DNA of 64,000 nt from Acidobacteriota bacterium (GTDB taxonomy: Bacteria > Acidobacteriota > Vicinamibacteria > Vicinamibacterales > UBA2999). The position numbers and the translations under genes were made by a program. Below, one piece after another: positions 23,084-30,820 of this stretch (position 1 is the first letter of the stretch; every line of letters starts with the position of its first letter). The notes under the pieces were generated by a model. The model did no database searches and was not told where the DNA came from. It saw only the letters and a program-made list of their open reading frames with translations. The DNA is taken from the NCBI GenBank assembly GCA_963169195.1, contig CAUJDN010000061.1, forward strand, positions 19,833 through 83,832, read 5' to 3'.

Positions 23084-23713
23084 GTGGTGCGCGCCAACCT
23101 CTCGACCCGACCGTTCTACAACGAGCGCCTGGTGCGGGCGGTGCTCGGCCTGATCACGCTGGTGGCGATCGGCCTGACCGGCTACAACGTCGCCAGGATT
23201 CTCGCGCTCCGGTCGCAGGGCGCCGAGGCCCGCGGGCAGGCCGAGGGGGCCACGCGCGAGGCGGGCCAGCTGCGCGCCGAGGCGCTCCGCATCCGGCAGA
23301 CCATCAACCGCGAGCAGCTCGCGGCCGTGCAGGCCGCGGCGCACGAGGCGAACCAGCTGATCGACCGGCGCGCGTTCTCGTGGACCGATCTGTTCAACCA
23401 GTTCGAGCGCACGCTGCCCGCCGGCGCCCGGATCGCCGCGGTGACGCCGCAGTTCGACACCGGGGGGCGCATGATGGTGGCCGTGTCCGTGGTGTCCCGC
23501 CGGGTCGAGGACCTCGACGCCTTCATCGAGGCCCTGGAGAAGACCGGCCGGTTCAGTCAGGTGCTGTCGCGGCAGGAGGAGGCGCAGGAGGATGGGACCC
23601 TGATGTCCATCATTCAGGGCTACTACCGGCCCTCGGCGACCCCGCCGGCCGCCGCGGAGGCTGCCGCTGCACTGCCCGCGCCGACGGACGTGCGCGCGGA
23701 GGGGCCGCGATGA
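23084..23713 (+). CDS. pilN: PilN-like bitopic assembly protein
   Basis: N-terminal ..NLSTRPFYNER.., one TM helix, a coiled coil, then a ferredoxin-like C-terminal part. Its position after pilM supports the call. Confidence 0.7.
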   Translation: MVRANLSTRPFYNERLVRAVLGLITLVAIGLTGYNVARILALRSQGAEARGQAEGATREAGQLRAEALRIRQTINREQLAAVQAAAHEANQLIDRRAFSWTDLFNQFERTLPAGARIAAVTPQFDTGGRMMVAVSVVSRRVEDLDAFIEALEKTGRFSQVLSRQEEAQEDGTLMSIIQGYYRPSATPPAAAEAAAALPAPTDVRAEGPR

Positions 23714-24312
23714 AGGCGCAGTTCGGCATGGCCGAAGCGGTGCCGATCTCGCGGGTGATCCGCGACTACCGCCCGTGGATTGTGACGCTGGCCGTGGCGC
23801 TCGTCGCGAACCTCGGCGTGCTGCTGCTCGTGGTGCTGCCCCTGTCGGCGTCCACCGATGCCGGCGCCCGCCGGGCGGCGGCCGCCGTCGAGGACCGGGC
23901 CGCGGCAGAGGCCGAGCTGCGGGCGGCCGAACAGACGCGCGATGGCCAGTCCCAGGCCGCGCGCGACCTGGAGCGCTTCTACGGCGAGATCCTGCCCACG
24001 GATGTCGCCACCGCGCGACGCCTGACGCATCTCAGGCTGAGCCAGATGGCGCGCGAGCACGACGTGACGTTCCAGCGCAGCTCCGCCGCGCCCGAGGAGC
24101 TTCGCGACTCATCGCTCGAGCGGCTCCGCGTGAGCTACGCGCTCAGCGGCGACTACGAGGACATCCGGGCCTTCATCTACGAAATCGAGACGGCGCCAGA
24201 CTTCCTGGTCATCGACAACGTCTTTCTGGCGGAGGGGACCGGCGACCAGGCGCCGCTGACCTTGACACTCGATCTCTCCACGTATTACCGGGTGACCCGC
24301 GATGCGCCCTGA
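23710..24312 (+). CDS. pilO: PilO-like bitopic assembly protein
   Basis: The ATG at 23710 overlaps the pilN stop. One TM, a coiled coil, and a C-terminal ..YEDIRAFIYEIETAPDFLVIDNV.. motif typical of PilO/GspM. Confidence 0.6.
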   Translation: MKAQFGMAEAVPISRVIRDYRPWIVTLAVALVANLGVLLLVVLPLSASTDAGARRAAAAVEDRAAAEAELRAAEQTRDGQSQAARDLERFYGEILPTDVATARRLTHLRLSQMAREHDVTFQRSSAAPEELRDSSLERLRVSYALSGDYEDIRAFIYEIETAPDFLVIDNVFLAEGTGDQAPLTLTLDLSTYYRVTRDAP

Positions 24313-24865
24313 CCGCCGCACGCTGCTGACCGCGGCGGCCCTGGTCGTGGTGCTGGGCGCGGTGGCGTGGACATTCTTCGGGCCGTCCACCCCGGCGCCG
24401 GCCTCCGTCGCCCAGGCCGACGGGCGGAGGAACACGCTGGCGGGAGCGCCGCTGCCGTCGGCGGAGGCCGTGCGGCTCGCGGACCTGGACGCGCCGCGGG
24501 CGAAGCCGTCCGAAGCCACGCGCGACCCCTTCCGGTTCCAGGCGCGCGCGTCCCAGGCCGGCGTGTCCTCGCCCGGCGCGGCTCCGGTGTTCGCGCCGGT
24601 GCAGACGGCACCCGCAGGGCCGACCGAGCCCGCCGGCCCGCCCCCGCCGCCGCCCATCACGCTGAAGTTCATCGGCGTGGTGGAAACGGCGGGCGGCCTG
24701 AAGCTGGCGGTGCTCAGCCAGGGGGAGGGCCGTGCACCGATGCACGGCAAGGAAGGGGATATCATCGACGGCCGGTACCGGATCCTGCGGATTGGGACCG
24801 AGTCGATCGAAATGGCGCACCTCGACGGGCGTGGCCGGCAGACCATCCGGCTCACCGGGCAGTAG
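24302..24865 (+). CDS. PilP / GspC-HR-like periplasmic protein
   Basis: N-terminal TM, Pro-rich linker, then a C-terminal beta domain ..LKFIGVVETAGGLKLAVLSQ..GKEGDIIDGRYRILRIGTESIEM... Positioned before the secretin. Confidence 0.55.
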   Translation: MRPDRRTLLTAAALVVVLGAVAWTFFGPSTPAPASVAQADGRRNTLAGAPLPSAEAVRLADLDAPRAKPSEATRDPFRFQARASQAGVSSPGAAPVFAPVQTAPAGPTEPAGPPPPPPITLKFIGVVETAGGLKLAVLSQGEGRAPMHGKEGDIIDGRYRILRIGTESIEMAHLDGRGRQTIRLTGQ

Positions 24866-24935
24866 TCGTGGGACGCGAGACCGGACGCCGGAGGCGGAAC
24901 CGACGGGATGGGGACCCCACTTGTCTGAGAGCGGC

Positions 24936-27503
24936 ATGACGTTGACACTGGCAGGGCGAACATTGGTCGTGGTGGCCCTCGCGGCCCTCGTCGCCGGCTG
25001 CGCGACCGGGCGGGCCTACACGCGCGGGCAGGAGGCCGCGAAGGCCGGCGACTGGGACTCCGCCGTGGGCTTCTACCGCCAGGCGCTGCAGGACGATCCC
25101 GACCGGCCGGACTACAAGATTGCGCTCGAGCGCGCCATGCTGGCGGCGGCGCAGATGTACGTCGCCCGCGCCCGCGCGTTCGAGGCCGCGAACCAGCCCG
25201 AAGAGGCCGCGCGGGCCTATCGCAAGGCGCTCGAGTTCGAGCCGTCGAACCGGCCCGTGGCGCAGCGGGCCGCCGAGATCGAGCGGATGCTCCGCGATCG
25301 CCTCGAGGCGGCCGCGCCGCGGCCCGAGATCGAGAAGCTCCGGGAGCAGGCGCGGCGCCAGTCGGCCGAGCCCATCCTCAACCCGTCGAGCCGCGATCCG
25401 CTGAGCATCCGGTTCACCAACGCCAGCATCCGCGACGTCCTCAACTTCATCGGCAACGCGACGGGCATCAACGTCACCTACGATCGCGACTTCCAGGATC
25501 GCTCGATCACGCTGACCCTCGAGGGCGTCACGCTGGAGCAGGCGCTCCGGCAGATCATGATTGCCAACCAGCTCTTCTACAAGGTGCTCGACGAGCGCAC
25601 CATCATCGTGGCGGCCGACACGACCCAGAAGCGGACGCAGTACGAGGAGCAGGTCATCCGGACGTTCTTCATCTCGCACGCCGACGCGACGGAGATCTCG
25701 CAGCTGCTCACCGGCATCGTGCGGGTGGCGGGCGTGGCCATCCAGCCGACGATTGTCGCGAACAAGACGACCAACACCATCACCGTGCGCGCCACCGCCG
25801 CAGTGGTCGAGATCGTCGAGCGGATGATCGCCGCCAACGACAAGCCTCGGGCCGAGGTCGTGGTCGACGTGCAGATCCTCGAGGTGAACCGGGAGCGTGC
25901 GAAGCAGTACGGCCTGAACCTCGCGGACTACCAGGTCAGCGGCATCTTCTCGCCCGAGACGACGCCGGGCGACGCGCCGTTCAACCTGAACACCATCTCC
26001 ACCGGCATCAGCACGGCGGACTTCTACCTCTCCGTGCCCGCGGCGGTGATGAAGTTCCTCGAGAGCGATTCGTCGACCAAGGCGCTCGCCAAGCCGCAGC
26101 TCCGGGGCGTGGAAGGGCAGAAGCTGACGCTGAACCTCGGTGAGGACGTGCCCGTGCCGAGCACGACGTTCACGCCCATCGCCGGGGGCGGCGTGGCCAC
26201 GCAGCCGCTGACCTCGTTCGCCTACCGCACGGTCGGTGTCATCGTCGAGATGACACCGCGCGTCACCTACGAAGGCGAAATCATCCTCGAGCTGTCGGTC
26301 GAGAGCAGCGCCCGGGGGCAGGACACGAACATCGCCGGGCAGAACCTGCCGTCGTTCCTGTCGCGAAAGGTCGTCACCAAGCTGCGCCTGCGCGACGGCG
26401 AGTCGAACCTGCTGGCCGGCCTGCTCCGCGAGGACGAGCGCCGCTCGCTGCGCGGCTTCCCGGGCATCCTCCGGCTGCCCCTCGTCCGGCAGTTGTTCTC
26501 GGCCAACGACGAGTCGATTCGGCAGTCGGACATCGTGATGCTGCTGACGCCGCGGATCATCCGCACGCACGAGCTGACGGCGACGGACCTGAGCCCCATC
26601 TACGTGGGCACGCAGAGCAACATGGCGCTGGGCGGCCCGCCGCCGCTCATCAGCGTCGGCGGCACCGAGCCGCCGCCGGCCGCCGGGCCTGCGGCGGGCG
26701 CGGCCCCCGGGGCGCCGGCGCCGGGCACGCCGGCGACGCCAACGACCGCCCCGGCGCCGCGGGATCTGCCGCCGACGACCGGCACACCGGTCACCACGCC
26801 CGGCGCCACCGGCGTCACGCCGATGCTGCCGCCAGGCTCATCGCCCATCCCGGGAACCATCGGGGTGCCGGCCCAGCCGGCGCAGCCGCCGCCAAGCGGC
26901 GTGACGGTCTTCCAGCCGGTCGAGCCGGCCCCGGCCCAACCCGCCGCCACTCCGCCGCCGACCGGCTTGTTCGGCACGCCCGTCACGCCCACGGAACCGC
27001 CCGCGCCAGGCGCTGCGGTCGCACCGGGCGTGTCGGTCCCCGCTCCGCCGCCGCCCCCTGGCGCCCCGCCCGCGGCCCCGGCGGCCGCCGACGCCGCGCG
27101 GATCTCGCTCAGCCCGCCAAGCGAGATGCGAGTGAGCAGCGGACCGTACACCGTGCCGGTGTCCATCAGCGGCGCCTCGCGCCTCACCGCCGTGACGGTG
27201 TCCATCACGTTCAACCCGGCGCTGCTGCGCGTGCGCAGCGTGTCGGAAGGCACGTTCATGCGCCAGGGTGGGGCCACGCCGACCTTCACGCAGCAGGTGG
27301 ATTCTGCGGCGGGCCGGATCGACATCGCCATCGTGCGGCCCGGGGACCAGGTGGGCGCATCGACCACGGGCCTGCTCGCGGCCATTCTCCTCGAGCCGGT
27401 CGCCGCGGGCACGGGCACGCTCTCCATCAGCGGCTCGGGGACCGTCGCGGGTGGCGGGGCGGCCACGCTCCGGTTCGCTCCCGCGGGAGTGGTGGTGCGA
27501 TAG
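24936..27503 (+). CDS. Secretin (GspD/PilQ family) lipoprotein with N-terminal TPR region and C-terminal cohesin-like domain
   Basis: ATG at 24936. Lipobox LVAGC, then TPR-like helices, N-domains (..IRFTNASIRDVLNFIG..), and a secretin core (..KPQLRGVEGQKLTLNLG.. ..IVMLLTPRII..). A ~150-aa P/A/T/G linker follows. The terminal ~130 aa resemble a cohesin fold. Confidence 0.88.
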   Translation: MTLTLAGRTLVVVALAALVAGCATGRAYTRGQEAAKAGDWDSAVGFYRQALQDDPDRPDYKIALERAMLAAAQMYVARARAFEAANQPEEAARAYRKALEFEPSNRPVAQRAAEIERMLRDRLEAAAPRPEIEKLREQARRQSAEPILNPSSRDPLSIRFTNASIRDVLNFIGNATGINVTYDRDFQDRSITLTLEGVTLEQALRQIMIANQLFYKVLDERTIIVAADTTQKRTQYEEQVIRTFFISHADATEISQLLTGIVRVAGVAIQPTIVANKTTNTITVRATAAVVEIVERMIAANDKPRAEVVVDVQILEVNRERAKQYGLNLADYQVSGIFSPETTPGDAPFNLNTISTGISTADFYLSVPAAVMKFLESDSSTKALAKPQLRGVEGQKLTLNLGEDVPVPSTTFTPIAGGGVATQPLTSFAYRTVGVIVEMTPRVTYEGEIILELSVESSARGQDTNIAGQNLPSFLSRKVVTKLRLRDGESNLLAGLLREDERRSLRGFPGILRLPLVRQLFSANDESIRQSDIVMLLTPRIIRTHELTATDLSPIYVGTQSNMALGGPPPLISVGGTEPPPAAGPAAGAAPGAPAPGTPATPTTAPAPRDLPPTTGTPVTTPGATGVTPMLPPGSSPIPGTIGVPAQPAQPPPSGVTVFQPVEPAPAQPAATPPPTGLFGTPVTPTEPPAPGAAVAPGVSVPAPPPPPGAPPAAPAAADAARISLSPPSEMRVSSGPYTVPVSISGASRLTAVTVSITFNPALLRVRSVSEGTFMRQGGATPTFTQQVDSAAGRIDIAIVRPGDQVGASTTGLLAAILLEPVAAGTGTLSISGSGTVAGGGAATLRFAPAGVVVR

Positions 27504-27505
27504 CC

Positions 27506-27982
27506 ATGCGGCGCCTCCGCGCGGCCCACGGGTACACCTTCGTCGAGCTGCTGGTGGTCACGACCATCGTGCTGATCCTCGCCTCGGCCGTACAGCCGCT
27601 GGCGCGCGTGACCATCCAGCGGCAGAAGGAAGTGGAGCTGCGCCGCGTGCTGCGCGAGATGCGCGATGCCATCGACAAGTTCAAGGACGCCGCCGACCAG
27701 GGGATGATCCCGACCACCGAGCTCAAGGCCAACAGCGAAGGCTACCCGCCCGATCTCGAGGTGCTCGTCGATGGGGTCTCGGTCGCCAACGACGCCTCCG
27801 GACGCAAGCTCAAGTTCCTGCGCCGCATCCCCAAGGATCCGATGACGGGCGAGGCCGAATGGGGCCTCCGATCCTACCAGGACAAGCCGGACACCACGAG
27901 CTGGGGCGGCCAGAACGTCTTCGACGTGCGCTCGCTCAGCGAGGGTACGGCGCTCGACGGGTCGAAGTACAAGGACTGGTAG
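27506..27982 (+). CDS. gspG: GspG-like major pseudopilin (prepilin-type N-terminus)
   Basis: Leader MRRLRAAHG followed by YTFVELLVVTTIVLILA (Glu at +5). GspG-like body ..YPPDLEVLV.. and ..FLRRIPKDPMTG... Confidence 0.85.
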   Translation: MRRLRAAHGYTFVELLVVTTIVLILASAVQPLARVTIQRQKEVELRRVLREMRDAIDKFKDAADQGMIPTTELKANSEGYPPDLEVLVDGVSVANDASGRKLKFLRRIPKDPMTGEAEWGLRSYQDKPDTTSWGGQNVFDVRSLSEGTALDGSKYKDW

Positions 27983-27999
27983 CAGGGGGAGAGTGCGGA

Positions 28000-28485
28000 G
28001 TGCTGGTGACGCAGTGCAGCGCCTGGCTCGCCGACGCGCGGGCGTTCGCCGCCAGATGGCGGGACGGCGGGCGTGTGCCGCCCGCGCGTCCCGGTACCGG
28101 GCGCCATGGATTCACCATGATCGAGCTGCTCGTCGTCATCTCGATCATCGTCATCCTGGCCAGCCTGGGGATGGTGCAGTACCGCAACAGCGTCATCCGC
28201 GCGCGCGAGGCGGTGCTGAAGGAGGACCTCTTCCGCATGCGCGACGCGATCGACCAGTACTACGCCGACAAGAGCAAGTACCCCTCGTCGCTGGACGATC
28301 TCGTGACGGACGGCTACCTCCGCGAGATCCCCGTGGACCCCATCACCCAGTCGAAGGACACCTGGCAGGTGGTCAACCAGGAGCCGAATGTCAACGATGC
28401 CACGGCGCAGCCGGGCGTCTACGACGTGAAGAGCGGATCGGATCAGACCGCGCTCGACGGCACCCGGTACGCGGACTGGGAATAG
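28000..28485 (+). CDS. gspG: GspG-like pseudopilin, second copy
   Basis: Prepilin motif G|FTMIELLVVISIIVILA, then ..AVLKEDLFRMRDAIDQYYADKSKYPSSLDDLV..YLREIPVDPIT... The start is uncertain: GTG 28000 (SD AGGGGGAG upstream) or GTG 28075 (12-aa leader). Confidence 0.8.
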   Translation: MLVTQCSAWLADARAFAARWRDGGRVPPARPGTGRHGFTMIELLVVISIIVILASLGMVQYRNSVIRAREAVLKEDLFRMRDAIDQYYADKSKYPSSLDDLVTDGYLREIPVDPITQSKDTWQVVNQEPNVNDATAQPGVYDVKSGSDQTALDGTRYADWE

Positions 28486-28581
28486 CTGATCATCAGCCGC
28501 GGGCGGGCGGCGATGGTCGTGCGACGGCCGACCCGCCAAACACGCACTCGCCAGCCGCCAATCGGCAATCGCCGAATGCGC

Positions 28582-29820
28582 CTACGGGTTCACCCGGACC
28601 GTCAACTGGGCGAGCCCGGACGTCCCCGTCGTCGTCCGCACGGTGACGGTCGCGATGTAGGTGCCAGGCGCCGTGTAGCGATGGTTCGTCGTCGAGCCCG
28701 TGGTGACGGCGCCCCGGCCGTCGCCGAAGCTCCAGTCGTAGGACACGATTCCCGCCGACGACCCCAGGCCGCCGGCCGACGCCGAGAAGGCGACGATGCC
28801 CTGCTGCAGCGGGCTGCCGATTGACACCGGGTTCGGTGTCGCGGTCATCGTCAGCGGGACGGATGACTGGTCGTTCACGTTCACGACAATCGAGGACGTG
28901 CCCGTGATGCCCTGCGTGTCCGTGACCGCCGCCCGCACGGTGTAGACGCCCGCACGCGGGAAGGCATGCGCGACCGGCGTCGCACCCGAGATGGCGCCCA
29001 GGCGCGTCACCGCCGTGCCGTCGCCCCAGTCGATGACCACGTCCCGGATGCCATTCGTGCCCGTCCCGGCGACGGGCGTGATCGTGAAGGTCGCGCCGAC
29101 CCCGGCCTCGAGGCCCGTCGTCGGTGCGGCGATGGTCACCGCCGGCGATGAGGCGGTCACGTCGACGGTCGCGCTCTGGCCGCCGGCCGTGGCCGTCACG
29201 GTCGCGGACCGCGGCGCCGTGAGCGTCGTGCGAGCCTCGCCACTGGCGGTGGTGATGGCCTGGCCGGCCGAGAGTTGTCCTGCGGTCGTCGTGAACGTGA
29301 CGGGCACGCCCAGCAGTGGGTTACCCGCCGCGTCCACGACGGTGGCGATGACGTCCGTGCTGCCGCCGGTGGCGGGGATGGTCTGCGGATCCGCGCGCAG
29401 GATGATGCGCGCGGCCGCGGCGCCGCCGACGAGGATCTCCACTTCTGTGGCGCGGGTCGCGCCGGAGAACGCGCCGATCTTCGCCGTGCCGGACTGGGCG
29501 CTCGCGATGAAGCGCACCGTGGCCTTGCCGCCCTCCGTGCGAGCCTCCGTCGGGTCGATGGTGCCGAACGAGGAGGTGAACGTGACGACGGTGCCATTCT
29601 GCACCGGCGTGCCCGCCGATTCGGTCACCGAGGCGGACACCTCTGCCGTGCCGTTGACCGGCACGACCGTCGTGCTGACCGTCAGGGTGATGGTGGACTC
29701 GGTTGGCGCCAGCAGGGGCACCTTGTCGCAGGCCGACAGAGTGGCCGCCGCGAACAGGAGCGCGAAAAGCGACGAGCGGGAACGTGACACGGGCAAGGCC
29801 AATAAGGATAATAGGCGCAT
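28582..29820 (-). CDS. Lipoprotein with tandem bacterial Ig-like (Big) and PKD-like domains
   Basis: Signal peptide/lipobox ..AATLSAC. Repeated ~85-aa Thr/Val/Ala-rich beta modules (..GTAEVSASVTESAGTPVQNGTVVTFTSS..). Two PKD-type motifs (VVIDWGDGT.., VSYDWSFGDGR..). Confidence 0.75.
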   Translation of the reverse strand: MRLLSLLALPVSRSRSSLFALLFAAATLSACDKVPLLAPTESTITLTVSTTVVPVNGTAEVSASVTESAGTPVQNGTVVTFTSSFGTIDPTEARTEGGKATVRFIASAQSGTAKIGAFSGATRATEVEILVGGAAAARIILRADPQTIPATGGSTDVIATVVDAAGNPLLGVPVTFTTTAGQLSAGQAITTASGEARTTLTAPRSATVTATAGGQSATVDVTASSPAVTIAAPTTGLEAGVGATFTITPVAGTGTNGIRDVVIDWGDGTAVTRLGAISGATPVAHAFPRAGVYTVRAAVTDTQGITGTSSIVVNVNDQSSVPLTMTATPNPVSIGSPLQQGIVAFSASAGGLGSSAGIVSYDWSFGDGRGAVTTGSTTNHRYTAPGTYIATVTVRTTTGTSGLAQLTVRVNP

Positions 29821-30745
29821 GGGGTTAGCGGGTCAAGGCTGTCGCGCTGACGCGCGCGGCTACGCCATGGCCGCGTTGCTCGTCGGAATGAGCGTGATGG
29901 CCGTGATGATGGCGGCTGCGCTGCCCGTGTGGACGCATGTCGCCCAGCGCGAGAAGGAAGAGGAGTTGATCTGGCGCGGCGAGCAGTACCGGCGCGCCAT
30001 CATGCTGTTCCAGCGCCGCTACGCGAACACCTTCCCGCCGACCCTGGACGTCCTCGTCGAGCAGAAGTTCCTGCGGAAGAAATACAAGGACCCGATCGCC
30101 AACGACGACTTCCAGATCATTCCGGTCGGCGGCGCGATGCCGGGCGGCCGGCCCGGCATGCCTGCGACCGGCGGGCCAGCCAACGTCCCCGGCGGCCAGG
30201 GAGGCGCGGGTGGGTTCGGGGCGGCGCAGCCGGGCACGCCGGCAGGGGCGGCGACCTCGTCTTCGTTCGGCCAGGCCACGCAGCCCGCCATGGGCATCCA
30301 GGGCGTCACTTCGAAGAGCAAGGACCAGTCCATCAAGCTCTATAACGGGATGGACCGCTACAACCAGTGGGCGTTCGTGTATCTGGCCGCGTCCACGCAG
30401 GCGGGCGCGGGCGGAGCGGGGTTTGTGCAGCCCGGCATGCGTGGCCGCCCGCCAGGCGCCGGCGGGCCGCCGGGTGGGGGCTTCGGCCAGCCTGGCGGAG
30501 GCTTCGGGCCGCCGGGAGGGGGTTTCGGGCAACCGGGAGGCGGGTTCGGTCAGCCAGGCGGGGGCTTCGGTCAGCCTGGAGGAGGGTTTGGCCAGCCGGG
30601 CGTTCCCGCCCAGCCGAAGTACCCGCCGGTGCCCGGGGGGGCCGGCTCGCCCGGTGGCTTCGGGGCGCCTGGCGGTGGCGTCCCTCCGGCGGGGCCTGGC
30701 GGTTCGGTGTTCACGCCGGGTACCCCCGGCAGCGGTGGACAATAA
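29819..30745 (+). CDS. Divergent GspG-like protein lacking Glu+5, with Gly-rich C-terminal tail containing (GGGFGQP)x6
   Basis: N-terminus ..ARG|YAMAALLVGMSVMAVMM... Its body parallels the two pseudopilins (REKEEEL.., ..FPPTLDVLVEQKFLRKKYKDPI..). An alternative start is ATG 29867. Confidence 0.6.
   Translation: MGLAGQGCRADARGYAMAALLVGMSVMAVMMAAALPVWTHVAQREKEEELIWRGEQYRRAIMLFQRRYANTFPPTLDVLVEQKFLRKKYKDPIANDDFQIIPVGGAMPGGRPGMPATGGPANVPGGQGGAGGFGAAQPGTPAGAATSSSFGQATQPAMGIQGVTSKSKDQSIKLYNGMDRYNQWAFVYLAASTQAGAGGAGFVQPGMRGRPPGAGGPPGGGFGQPGGGFGPPGGGFGQPGGGFGQPGGGFGQPGGGFGQPGVPAQPKYPPVPGGAGSPGGFGAPGGGVPPAGPGGSVFTPGTPGSGGQ
30473..30598 (+). repeat. Six in-frame 21-bp tandem repeats encoding GGGFG(Q/P)P
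   Basis: The units differ mainly at synonymous positions (GGTGGGGGCTTCGGCCAGCCT / GGCGGAGGCTTCGGGCCGCCG / ...). Confidence 0.9.
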
Positions 30746-30820
30746 CGGCCTCCTGGCGGGGGATTCGGATCCCGACCTCCCGGAAGGTAGAGACGCCACG
30801 GCCGGCCCAGTGGCCGGGCT

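Noticed and set aside
24732-24935. An upstream extension of the secretin ORF overlapping the PilP-like gene.
   Set aside because: It is out of frame with the PilP-like gene. The lipoprotein signal peptide begins at ATG 24936, which is the sensible start.
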